From NCBI GenBank assembly GCA_030603385.1, contig JAUVXW010000007.1, positions 1 to 64,000 of the forward strand: a DNA stretch of 64,000 bases, in the 5' to 3' direction. This document shows positions 38,301 through 40,913 of this stretch, piece by piece. Origin of the DNA: Promethearchaeota archaeon (GTDB lineage: Archaea; Asgardarchaeota; Lokiarchaeia; Sigyniarchaeales; SOKP01). Position 1 is the stretch's first letter. Each line of letters opens with the position of its first letter. Made by a program: the position numbers and the translations under genes. The notes beneath the pieces were generated by a model. It did no database searches and had not been told where the DNA came from. It worked only from the letters and a program-made list of their open reading frames with translations.

Positions 38301-38702
38301 TTACGAACCAGACATTTTCCACAAGGAAACTTATATCTTAATGGATTGATTAGTTCTGCAATCTTTAAGCTAAAGCAAGATAAAGTTTTCGACAAATATG
38401 ATCCTGTATTCACATATCACGATATATTAAATGAATTAGGTATAAGAACTGGAGATCTTTTGCTTACTGAATATATGAAAAGAGAAATGAAGACTATAAC
38501 TAAAATCACAGAAGATGATCTAATCTCTTGGTTAAAACCTTATGCTAGAATGCTAATTAAGAATTCCAATAGTGCTTCTGAATTGTTAGACTTACTAAAT
38601 TGGGACGAAGGTTTGACAGAAGATTATAGGGTCCATAAGTTGTTTGGGATGGATTTTAAACAAGCTAAGATGACTTTTACTAGTGGGGTTCTGAATAAAT
38701 AA
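11349..38702 (+). CDS. Giant (~9,100 aa) membrane-anchored surface protein with C-terminal GIY-YIG-like nuclease/HTH region; candidate polymorphic toxin. Likely true start is ATG 11406
   Basis: Uninterrupted 27.35-kb ORF; GAGGTG SD before 11406; about five hydrophobic segments in the first ~200 aa; many N-x-S/T sequons; DxDxDG loops; Gly/Ala-rich hydrophobic helices at ~35.3-37.4 kb; GMIY...VYPGRT...R...E...GYE motif at ~37.6-38.0 kb. Confidence 0.85.
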   Translation: MGYIKIQHYVSFTLKEVQSMELVEKSSNIDELIEHHCQKKIRLPKIQLNYSNKAKGITCFASFFLFLIGFILSGNDIQSKIIITGGYLFFFYLNLPRFSDSGIKKDYYAALHEYVIKRTDFLNLDSKKALICLTSYLISSIFSLLSIYVFNNIEAFLISFFIFLIVLKVYMPDLTNYRKKNVRFLAIIIIFSLILFPMLISWESLGLKQEVCPSPSFGIYPQHQRRENNVIDLINLDYTENLNELTDITFNSLISIKFKTSCSTNKIITFHADLIPRNVSISGELNSEAKVLEKTHSFSSKQFKGPFSERDLYFKLDLSSTQTPVLPGKYQLDIFYIVQKGFTVGEHSSVHSYEINIQKEYVFFIEKYSADPGKSTRKGSIYTIENLDLPGWTTIFETRIEDSLGNPIPNGIVSLYTTDYKDGNIILKKTSDYQVGDDGFIYYKANSRYFGELTRGKLVFDGSQSLYYKTTTHLESAELSEDKFVHSSDYPTNGDFLYNGTQFKLEEVNQFKTRTHLLYFHDFSIKELQWVKSPNYCYYTGTSDFIYLNTKKSTDTYIESPIITYLGTKAELAYLSYRYQLYNYESLNDEIWVDLQSQLWRDGVIVHQQFDYKGFYNEKGGNWKTIETNLTNYFQEGGQQFKIKILANFTARSHHINEISIRFDYARLEVYHPPVYFRDFTFHNGFNEFTSPITETTESFYWDLNNTVSEEQFNAIIGNNFSLEAIPNGSSPNSFGILTKLKEKTEFSESEFLITNQINLDNLEFLKYENLSNCYLDLDAKLNLFSFINKNIAKKSTSLSGALETEMLVMTESFSDPDLVISSEIIYDDFANDYILKELNLRETWDKDFGELFYNFDTLTNEIEVPNIDQYLQLSAKEQEDLFILFKNLYEEGYHKIYLVFKFKINIFNKIQDESLNNINVWFNRFQLCYRWMNFSGFFNQTYLLERDKDPFIFFEKLTSEANLNLLSDFGIEIEGRNDLISFSSLSDNYFGTLGVYDSFGKFTVDENNIKARTGIISPNLYSNNTNNYTLRAIIDFYPFLKCQEDIQLESIFHSFNSNKMNLNLEIFNQYEEKIATNYGNPYLMVRDLDVNDFASITNNNGEKYYFTIKPMKLHVYLHDIITSTDYIYLKLVSEFSDKFNSTITYEQGVFLDTVKLEFIQEETYFEEESYSEPINNHNNDYSSGAPIYFQDIPSFIENMSINDHNFEEIVFFNDHTNLTLDLKNNDNVSSVKIHAIKILGDPAFYTYIDQNKQWFNLIIKGTSSYPNSNSPYLTSDKLSYSFFDGYDLNGTFNYENVIHLDNYTIPFKDLNIIDIERIYTSQEISIPFYFDPIAQELTIDREYARYLNSSTNLILKGVKCDLGWNSSFSFEGEKWVLEEFNVVNYLSSVPEWFECLYGFENDESSEYVHYKQVDQYTKDMFEFYFSISYDNGSKKTTPIYNARYDNVKATGIFGKILTNSEGETKVNYHMLGETGNFRNIMFGTSNPEHRTLYFTLGYEIINVGDSEYYISSQFPSPLNKIRQIELYNQTNSKIGSMNLDYSSEPIRYFSLELDSKYFNEGFNWIKAIITDQADNNKIIYTSIYVYKELNYSLSQSLAFGDTIYYNQERNYTQDPHQFFGFLNNWVDNGRKSNITVEISYFNYNEQIWIPLGSTVSSDGSFTVDWHEIDESYRSLLPSQRGYLPVNLTYYERPPAYFYGDYGKFDSSNTLSPFLIDETGKIYIYHFNHFKDKWIINKTIGLGVSLNDNTVSALDLNGDERTDLVFSSKTQEDNRIHFYIYNSETKIFDFNQTINIQKDISYSQALAKPVIRDYLFDFTDGTTPVLYLCISNTSNDVNFILKLSFDFYLNFVQESITQIPANYLITKLSLIKDRLFIGAISPQRQAKVQSSIFTLDPKLLINSTEIFEDSIEGIVAEISYFKAQVGEMLVLGISKDQYNEDDIILYYLFDEVEKSWKRPALIFNPNSDIFFNDSLDFRIRAIVTSKEEHLESLYIASNHGVFRTIITTEIFEEDIIPIYYSVDTVRISDLLAYKEENEDYIQLPLTNYPITSIINVYKVEKCYYDEIYIFNRIERLDENGYSISNDRRSLMCYPERGNWTLNTLLNSDLYYEIRYYYEATLKEASGYISSRIKKEEHSHSTDIIASTSEMKAEDLRFQLKNIYDNSWTLNYGTNYEDWNYQTIPVTSGLPFIIRYGSLEGSGITSVSQLSTLTEYNNKRINYGTITTTSDMVSTSTELSQFETGQDFKDPNNYQYPYSNSYIDSVWVEDLDLSSSIDFRTDMGDYTELLGDMGNIADDILPSTVANTVAYQPEIINVAVSVSGGGTPTVKDDQDQDVTTNNQRIQILKNKGNYLQVYESNNADLGLYIDVMFQLDDNEDYKSIKCILVSTAFAQIIVPTGNYDPGGYVDYVKNMKVSLIDNENIEIGTFHTKDDIFENIFEASNLYVIDNDGLPNFDDDIYRKFKTYNFGKSIYSDPAYIEQGYYKVDNIPERANFLFPNKYNIHKITKGVFSRGANNQFRFYYYYHDDALYYEPESTYEEEHIYDYNYLRLDTSDTTNFVNDGKLKLRFSMAGYTGDLSKILRNELIVRHFNCTVFSDKDNLNNQNWDFSGDGYTSQDTDGGLILNSGSISLDDTNCPTKTYIDSNSDIKYRAVFRLQDTGNIVTFSVGSASYRYDTLDPNLPDKLSLQNGINTIEITYDAFNSWNLFINGENGTDGTGELEGWFNPNEFEPSGDFYPTISVGDNDEINLIEIKNQVFEKIDANYNGWSTDYNDSEELVVGGKGETYKDLTYSDISLQREIIYSFNNGLSNIKAVFEDLRLWSDLDYHTNIDEVSQQQYDTDFPLFISNIYNDDEYSGTFYTEPSNTFPISGIMPFPTDLDLNFPNFAPSMPDNIYILKVEPHFYFKYDYGTDAKLIVRLSNGLYIDAPLDNPYIGNQILQIDYLYDYILSDLQVYSSSNFQAEAFNYGFTYTDDLELSTTTIKIENCYGNVDIYMMQYKVYTTPKPNTFRDLLYNQEFNIPNNAVTEFYILDKYSNKQLISNNVNFKSAGSYIKALLNNSGNINYNPENNLENIIYKNSFGQNALSFNIKANINYPDFADDSETIRAFNKINDFKIVPKLKPKEGNGLSNPDPDDPTPYPYGSSWWHQQELVVPLPFNLTFNEFSSQDFNDLSELVFDVEFNLSLLGFSSFAWRPNLKIYDYSTKEWISYVENITSGGKILWNWKNDYITNNTYDRIQLYHEPNRYFQIFNGNSHNCEFSFRFTREAYPNLDQLLQSSGNSVSITLMCEAYIIPGVYKDGGWNIEFENSTHPFNRKEISSKIILKNSSIRRFRKTEIYKKNIFYSNNFHNGKPFDKPSNSYIDLKTLLGGNSFDDIAGICTVYGIKQKPLIIVPLDSNQWDFNRTLGRLQLSNEVLLNFDYFNFTMELWSDFLSLGGNKFEPNKSLFENITLIEKIIGVRNDGSIQWFTKNYENGLFSYTQEEPYYIHLNQDDSIDHITFASHINLSEFIRIRGVVQDIGNYRSSLYKEKISLLHTDHLRFPFDFSSIDNLEFQDLRLNCAFESGFISDESINNIFSDSYYSVYIDFYKTVDEYWDSNPENMSYIGRYNVLNNLLFNSSDFRYHSFTLSGIDLMNLSLDTSRLFGSFQQNNTLILKITSEFRGSHQGKWLEGDFAFEVKDASLKIHMEDGNYSELEELVASSAFIQNFPIPDLSSIEAISFQINYSEIPQIATSAFIIGNNNGIYPLQQYEIFKGPSVIQIQFFNPELEKWIIVDSVIYDLGDENLYTFLYLIDKHSTDLTQFDCLKDNKSTYQLRYRLVIDKIFTDKACFVEVKFRMEDVKLQIYYMPESNTNELNPKLFFSADITDLLTVGDYPMQNYIEDLFISLNFNYGISLSNQAKDYFNQYAFYTETIKLFIFDENNNRRLIGNPNSIINLKKIAKDSLYEYIKYRNGKYYIDFLLDYKWQLKQFQSYQCNSIFNVNAYIKLIKFSIQAQVASVKKELISPNDIGENSVLFTGDITSDGIVDIGFSGGFLEKKENNERIYLKYSFSYVFDSNYNNEFDNTDPQITFAEFIFDLRFTCNESSTYLFTDMGLPFKKLILGNEKVLNLTTNGRVDKASLYLSSPVQKIGEFSRVNGTKNKFVYNWTNIRTLLEPYYTTGDEIEIIINVFDSSSKINDTLRYTCLLDFEPPEVKVKIGDGATNYSSKNCATPWTRYIVDIYDNLENILNHSHYYYSEILRNYFQVKVFEISNNLVCKTGFIPLDRTIGNLNDLHIPIKNYENPDEYYYVVEFKTVDAAGNVGINSSYLGDKCKLFVSNELYIEFNDILIDVNELFQNSNDFLNFTLIDANQNNVINASLFAKSGNYYLKNPVWNESTQTYYIEFENILDLVIHSENIFDQEIISNYYLDNNLNWEVNNDDCYAFVKHASQKDPLTLSYFLQKERTVLLNISNLETYKLIDFIRPNEVYCYVWNNVTKAYDIKHTFAQEDYTVSKNGSISWDTEIDFESMNLRGNQIIFTYFGSNYSNIIKDNRKNGMFFTILVPSLYSTHCTIDTLQIEFRDFEDNTFNYLMDSLDFDIYFQNATKYKKVIPGLGEMLQIPIYIDFSRLNSPDLQAQFNISHIHTITFGVFDAHIWPGDPVSFNQEYGYINLNYPYQVFGISEISFYDILTDGSNLTLQINDLNFKYSIDEYPITVNKFDAHITGLEILNDKTKLLYDQLNLIKFADILDVYFQINNDSELFPIYEMTTPLMGLVDILSNTIIGLSLMEWDLSIKKYHSRFTIAEDVMQDGLENYRLKLMFIPTDIENSINSTETLNIDLIPQTISKICLWNNREIIINDDYVFDLKTKFTLHYEEELQLKGYILDNSTYYREREIIPFKATDPLGDQKVQIYDIDLHGLIGESHFIDVNNFKVEFIDRASFNSIEILFEVVNGIVVVQSDIIENAWIEYFDYYHPQYPNKFVLKVKWNEKTPNILPFDTDLLLSYKVMQGKKIIPVTFEDSDDVLTPVDFWKYDYDTFKWVNSEIFTEVLNIKQTKENSSLFTGVDPNQIIRILGSSIGSGIITLVNVWQRVGTTFIVVDDSNYEYELIKVNGIDSLEVKYLGVNSVDLLVEYTFIPLIKLKHYAIDDLLADSYIKTWVNNHFFSIPMEVGVDYDIVGENKNQLIFYTFYTSVTPKFNLNNGWFIVYYGYLTEEINLVKNLILEFLDYDGFWKPIAKIPLTSTGDFDHRFYIGNGGLQIPLNEETIMRLTYLPLNLTSYCNQNSEVNYNFNCVYNTSHSVNELFTLFVEGKTSKINYIPTEFSKSFDRWAIIPERKYTTTTNPYESLHEGEEYTYLEFHRTITDNYEFTFQLTDGKGDFLANQLIWCEIGWKPKAGLNYKLVDWEDDYGQYIDSEALGTVWLKDEGEKMCYGPGILDYEYPISRMFTRPETWEFIDSETDTISEYSSYAWDYRISDSNGLVTFNFTFDDDYIRDHHKIFDNSLFNSGSVTFDSLDDYRLYIRVFHAPVVDINHMAFENSSSLVCSKGNNVFDMSRTSELHDYDISQTMFYSGSYAEGLISLYPEDIMLGVPNLLIYQLGSELDDIFSFNIEVAEANVIPDTEIMTINKLGKNFETDKLIPEYDNNSYLIEGMPIVATITDFSGNSPFAEGNVEFFEYVDEAGKAKLNISDYYMQQLSPGVYKVNIYAIPRTYTKSMYRFITLEVRPENWLKMGEPTMTLDLLNWYDSGWGGASFGSDYCFYEDIYPRLTGYLAANHSEEGLEDYVKFQLYAKLRDIDSTTDWDEVEWIELGDEDIYLSSLVYDGLYYFEYPLGFDGDMLIGKEIILNITADCTYNQTGMSAENRKQQLNILNLTLATSTIRRDAEVLRSYSDSDIHKVWIGDFSQYGVERYFEYVDTKDIYGIDAEDILLNLIGYVEESISIVEVKAIQNYREIILEENIDYDFEPNGYEIDIESSTLLDNHSDLVISYAIKVDANKVLEFTFSESSGFTHSSLILGTENNTIKLEKENYLGKFYSTFNETYRLDSSGSTYLSKSFTGITSDDFKIININSSNPYSIDILDDRILIDFDSMRNEDVAIEYGIATYQLDRGYQQFGMTLGNAVRKLSKFHSTHNILVFSDDIVNTVNLLTIPDDPQNPLESGDSKLLIPISKNNKTSISFTNLGLLYDSVLRGNFYLDDCILLGDIHDLKSVLATFTFTTEDGESYFDYVSIDPSTDNNKFDFEIDLQPIFCVKGYTTYDIEIDFLSYGDNKKFLQYILFEKFELTVDDRIIQTVDKPMLNKRSELDVAQTINTAHYAQIFTSRLDEAYNVPEDAWLTITIEGFDEYGELVKLYQNDQKKLAFEHVDNNEFYFQSLKSHDNRLVNSLGFHLNAYDLEIPKYIEGEINLYAGKGTHNDIDDESWMYWSTTEDFQFYPNEYNFTSFEFTGFTDRHFEVSLDLTHGGEFSDIINNKEWWRIKPFGITVQTEAGERYIDRNFFCSWQHDTSYPNKPIYTFSLLRDYYEYIGILSNTEVVVTYYYQKESLSYFTAYDEILYGNDYTFIIRNSQGSVISDIENIHSIEGNNITFTDKIKIFLEIGETFTIEYEFRTKKLLDTKHLLIEIQPWEMKFYNSFYPFSGGSIIAPLYYNLSANYQYQLALNYRLQEKDILTFSINLTSKDIQNDMVAYDFGYNNPIVDYDNTPVIIAYFYNEDNEKILIPDDCLHCTFNSIIIKMIKSKFALTEEDTINISIFPELHNKYQLFHNLIVDLVNDNIVLTNWTVFQDPQNNLIPNYESPYFIFEVDPYETTNKGKVKEIYAILNETNYLTYYLTEDLNDPINGWKYFDTLIMKLGFLNPEVLDYLEVSFYYENNGKQLIGSVNVTIDMIDTESGAVYIRLPESTDFNKFTIQNGAQIVFRPVFRTPSEFQGFYYQDGYPTIQLVEWNSNDVKDGFLEVELDSKIISENQSVYVFNDLMENMYEATEVNVETEEHEYDGSTEKFSLEFNTITIPEVFLDTNGNTIKMRDGDILFLKYKAFLEASIGITVEDMVLQRKPYFENYETNRYDIPIAEISLLGVNVDGNNYSIDDVFENREKLVAWETSLDITPFESELENTYKQQVFNISFADIKPEFKKLDEKNIENCYVTDIMITSNDPRYEIVVDSFFIFEFDENANIYDSDIFEIYPNNHMETFYFGNYSDIYSNSVILNTSEFLPIYQGIESVDETYYFEVFDNLDNWYYFGEHLIGEEISSGVYNITWNLQYCQEYYYAYINQYEDLSELYDYYNPHIDKLRYLYLTWADKNAWNEWQTIEQANVNISTLDITFEWCDETPEEYESVVYNQTLDEFEARHIAVEPIYPYDSSRKTDIFELSQDYSNAQDLDIYKITGYFFNETVKNFDPSISNIQLDKKSIEISAPSGFNLDNFEKIIVYLNFTEGAYSDYTQFRLLQNAIDNHPEAPSWTKNDSIYIDFEYTDIDYFLLLEDYAVGSEDSMFEYFEYVRNDKFVSFDYSFSMLEEIDNFDSFTEVNDPSSVLELYDFDLDANHELVIQKDDVSNDGVFDSFKYGALNPAGEISFHTLVQEASSVQVYKDQSVDYSVSEGYQINWKDIWRKYYIFARRYLTTYTTVTNTISSAGKLIQKDLDADGIPDKEIFFRTSFSITEVITVTNETTHLHFKPTCHNPGGKRHDGYLTELRNSTTIYTDQSVSFMFKDFEGEEAVSIRLYEDIFPNELSEAYNLENNLYSITNDQNDEDPDNDITIDSPALEELLSLSHDTDPVSAIFDQVSIYENDEFDTENILAVNKSLTASGMYNAITGLGSQGSEHEFSVSVIEVKPNEGVYYDINTRFGPQKIEGSYYYYDENNDGRYSTIFVTDSNDNIIGIGFDNDKNLIFEPNSRQFVEKHIIKGGAFGWKKYDYLTGEEYYVVENYIKNKLVFFQDEDRYEGYFLEPTLSDSLFDIWKMQYNAGSSKLIKEQMSITSHQFLSSITPSKIIGDIAWQIKAQTISAVVGGVLAGIVSIFTAGAGAKIAYYVGHFITYAICNAIHSYIQERDQNYYIRSQTFHNVNYEGEVKLSDKLMKDRYFGDMMTDALLDSGSGVYAPVRAETDKHAYSGEVVLAPRGKSKTSLSITLDVSFKHLALDYSQQTRGYFTYSDLDDPRFISFYHEGNEVFIIPRNDKSKYMSNSIMYLEDTVHNTTIANDDTHYDSITPYMVYGDGTFVPVLQFADSEGAIPVPEFYDEYPIFLSPEHYELISEEYHSIYKIYDGISNTIQLIPDYSTHTLHSDIVSFDAYLSDGQGTEIPIGNYKNSDSYESFTFNSTSGKVVLSPQQVNHLDDYLDNYEGDAYIVLEFFIEKYRSVDDLRDLTAEEVENIATMQSAHANILEYMYQHTIATKTQQKLSEAAYTVLVTVISTLPFAIAGAFSKGLIQLPKMVIFETFEELFIDPWIESYVSGYAEEHGWSTLGKSLAVSFAESSRETFGSTISRGLKQVFSINQQASQSINSESQSQAQSVQSASQLKADRKSATLQSVSQIALSTIILFAGFISPIAVIFGTYATQVGMGVMSTVKEVRYKHLLNKIIDSYSEANVQDLLSILAPSKVSDAQTNLVHNELSPIISKEHSLITDEQKNKGKSENLLQKTFAWVKQHKKQIAMYAGVAITGFLASQGINALFSDSMFGSLAGSVTSMGLGTIGMVKQESTSDKNTKKVKIQQTLDGKSLLPSKVDRIISREFGGKKHYTQEYMKNLWKLGKTDGKDGNYIFGMIYQWTHEKSGKVYVYPGRTERRRGTPDYRPYSSISVRFDEEIRTAIESKIGELQRRKCKMYYDMRLVFDSAGKGQKGINAIIKNFKLEIVELQVMSETYEKDKIIIEQLEDYWSDVAISKGYELYTKAGGRIGAHVSELKGAHGRKAAHKKVRDMIRHGFSKKDIAQYFEMPWSPITHGSMALNYLLREALDGKSYTKVRNEEISSEILDLIDNGVLTIPDLASYFKGMTPKDIFNFLRTRHFPQGNLYLNGLISSAIFKLKQDKVFDKYDPVFTYHDILNELGIRTGDLLLTEYMKREMKTITKITEDDLISWLKPYARMLIKNSNSASELLDLLNWDEGLTEDYRVHKLFGMDFKQAKMTFTSGVLNK

Positions 38703-38807
38703 TCAATAAATCCCCTCTTATATTATGTTATATAAAACTTGCTTACTGTCAAGAGATTTAAATAATAATGATGATACAATCTTAATAGGAATACGGTAAT
38801 AAATATT

Positions 38808-39668
38808 ATGGCAAGGAGCGATGTAGGTATACTAGAAGATGACGAAGAGGCTGATGTAGCAGGATTTATGTTAGAAGCTTGTGGAATAGACTCTCCCGAT
38901 TTTTATCATAATAAAAGAATTTTAACTAGGGAGAATTTTGAAAAAAATTATAAATTCTTCGTCAAAATGGCAGAAAACCGTGGCTCGAGAAGAGCCTCAT
39001 ACTTTGTAATTGGTTATTTTGCCCTAATAACTGGGGGAAAAATAACTGAAGAACTTCGAAAAAAAATATTAGAGATAGCGAAATGGGAACACGAGGAGGG
39101 ATATTGGCAAGATAAGGAGTTTGCTCTCATGAGAAAGATTTACCTCGAAGACTTTCGAGAGAAAATTCGTATTCATAAAGCCGGAACAAAGCTACATCCC
39201 GCAATCTTTAAGTATAGCGGGAAGGACATGTCTGAATCAAGAGTCCTTATTGGTGTTAATAATATACTGAGTCTTTATGAAATTAATGACATAAAACATG
39301 TGAATTTAGATGGGTGGAATTTAACTTCTATTCCACATGAAATTTTTGAGCTTCAAAATCTTAAGTCATTAAGTTTAGAGTTTAATCAAATATCAGACAT
39401 TGATGATGAGATAACAAACTTAACAAAATTAAAGCATCTTTTTTTAGATTATAATCAACTTAAGTCAATTCCTGAGTCATTTGGAAAATTAGCATCACTT
39501 AAAAGCTTAAGTATCATACATAATAATGTAAATAGGTTACCAATATCATTGAAGAATCTAAAACACTTAAAGCATATTTATGTAAGAGGAACAGGAATAA
39601 ACCAAGCACCAAAGTTCCTTAAAGGCTCTAAGCTTGAACCTCTTAACGAGACAATTTACCTTAAATAA
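38808..39668 (+). CDS. N-terminal helical domain plus leucine-rich repeats; candidate immunity protein
   Basis: LRR units LKSLSLEFNQISDI, LKHLFLDYNQLKSIPESFGKL, LKSLSIIHNNVNRLPISL; acidic N-terminus (GILEDDEEADV) loosely DUF4259-like. Confidence 0.8.
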   Translation: MARSDVGILEDDEEADVAGFMLEACGIDSPDFYHNKRILTRENFEKNYKFFVKMAENRGSRRASYFVIGYFALITGGKITEELRKKILEIAKWEHEEGYWQDKEFALMRKIYLEDFREKIRIHKAGTKLHPAIFKYSGKDMSESRVLIGVNNILSLYEINDIKHVNLDGWNLTSIPHEIFELQNLKSLSLEFNQISDIDDEITNLTKLKHLFLDYNQLKSIPESFGKLASLKSLSIIHNNVNRLPISLKNLKHLKHIYVRGTGINQAPKFLKGSKLEPLNETIYLK

Positions 39669-40034
39669 AAGGTGTAAATTAATTTTTTATTCTAAATTTT
39701 ACTTAAACCTTATCTTTCTTTAGACTTATTTTATTATTGAATTAGCTTTTGAGATGTTTACCAGAAATGAGTTATTAGAGAGAAGTTCTATTTTTTTTCA
39801 TTTGATCTTTTCCTTACCCATGAGGATTTAGGCTCAGAAGTAGGTAAGATAAAATTCCGTTTTTGAGGATTGCAATATTTTTTCCTACCAAGCAAATTGT
39901 TCTCGTTCTTTTTAACAAAGTTTCTTGACCGTAAGTAGGTTTGACGTAAATCGAAATCTTAATAAATAGAAAAGGATTTTATAATTTGGGAAAATTAGGA
40001 TAAGTTTCCATACATTTCTGTCAAACAATATAAA

Positions 40035-40877
40035 ATGAAAAAAATGAAAAATCTAAAAAAAATCACATATATTATTGTTTCATTAATTCTTCTCCAATTT
40101 TTATTTATCTTCTCAGCTCCAACAGTAAGAGCAGACACAAGTGTTCCTGACAATTTCAATCAAAACTTAGATCTAAATAGAATATATATCTATAATGTAA
40201 CTGCATTTAATACTACAAAACCTCTGGAATGGGTAGATGTGGATTGGATGGCACCCACAAAAGGATTTGTGAATGTAACACCTGGAGGACAGATGAAGAT
40301 AAATCTTACTGGTTTTTACGAAAAAGATCCCAACGATTTCTTTAACGTCTTTGAAAGTCCAATGCCCTATATGAATATCGAGTTTTTAGAAAATAGGTCA
40401 GGTATATTATTTACAAATACTACACTATATAATGTTTCAAATGGAGAAGCAGCTCAAAATTTACTTCTTGGTTATAATAGTTTTAAATCAGGATTTCTAA
40501 TTCCAATTTCTGATTTCAACAATTTGACGCAACAAGCGTACGCACAGGATGAGCCACCTTTCATGAATGCAACAGTTTCTGTCATAGAAACGTCAAAGAC
40601 GATTTCTTTTGATTTTAAACAAAAAACTTTCTTACAACAAAAAACCAATTGTATCTACGATAAGGCTTCTGGATTGCTTATTTATACGAATACTAGTTTT
40701 GGGAATTATACTCTTGAGATGACTTTAATTAATCTTCCAAGTTTTCCTTCTGATTCGTTCTCAATACCATCATTCCATTTATTAATAGTAATAACGATCC
40801 TAGGTACAACAATATTAATCAATATCTGCCTAAAAAAAATAAAACTTACTAAGAAGTATTCTAAATTTAGAAATTAA
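40035..40877 (+). CDS. Secreted/surface glycoprotein with N-terminal signal and C-terminal anchor (PGF/Loki-CTERM-like)
   Basis: Basic-hydrophobic N-terminus ending VRA-D; several sequons; IPSF + hydrophobic helix + Lys-rich tail. Confidence 0.75.
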   Translation: MKKMKNLKKITYIIVSLILLQFLFIFSAPTVRADTSVPDNFNQNLDLNRIYIYNVTAFNTTKPLEWVDVDWMAPTKGFVNVTPGGQMKINLTGFYEKDPNDFFNVFESPMPYMNIEFLENRSGILFTNTTLYNVSNGEAAQNLLLGYNSFKSGFLIPISDFNNLTQQAYAQDEPPFMNATVSVIETSKTISFDFKQKTFLQQKTNCIYDKASGLLIYTNTSFGNYTLEMTLINLPSFPSDSFSIPSFHLLIVITILGTTILINICLKKIKLTKKYSKFRN

Positions 40878-40913
40878 AATTTATTTTTTTATTTATTATA
40901 TCTAAAAAATACA

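Larger units (their letters stand above)
1..39668. mobile_element. Putative integrated element / genomic island carrying a tyrosine recombinase, tandem ParB-like genes, a PAPS-reductase-like gene and a giant gene; left end outside window, right end uncertain (~39.7-40.0 kb)
   Basis: Dense small hypothetical, RHH and Zn-finger ORFs with overlapping start/stop codons, a recombinase and ParB-like genes. No housekeeping genes until ~40 kb. No att site identified. Confidence 0.7.

Noticed and set aside
13030-38413. Many 60-90-aa ORFs nested in or antisense to the giant gene
   Set aside because: Shadow ORFs with no motifs, expected by chance in a 27-kb CDS
37381-38702. Intein as an explanation for the endonuclease within the giant protein
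   Set aside because: No intein splicing motifs (terminal His-Asn followed by Cys/Ser/Thr), no C-extein, and the nuclease is not LAGLIDADG type
38706-38733. TTATGTTATAT resembling the XerD arm of a dif site
   Set aside because: No matching left arm at the 6-bp spacing; AT-rich chance match
39669-40034. Search for attR, a tRNA fragment or a cobalamin riboswitch at the island's right edge
   Set aside because: No tRNA 3' duplication, no repeat matching the left part of the window and no B12-box seen
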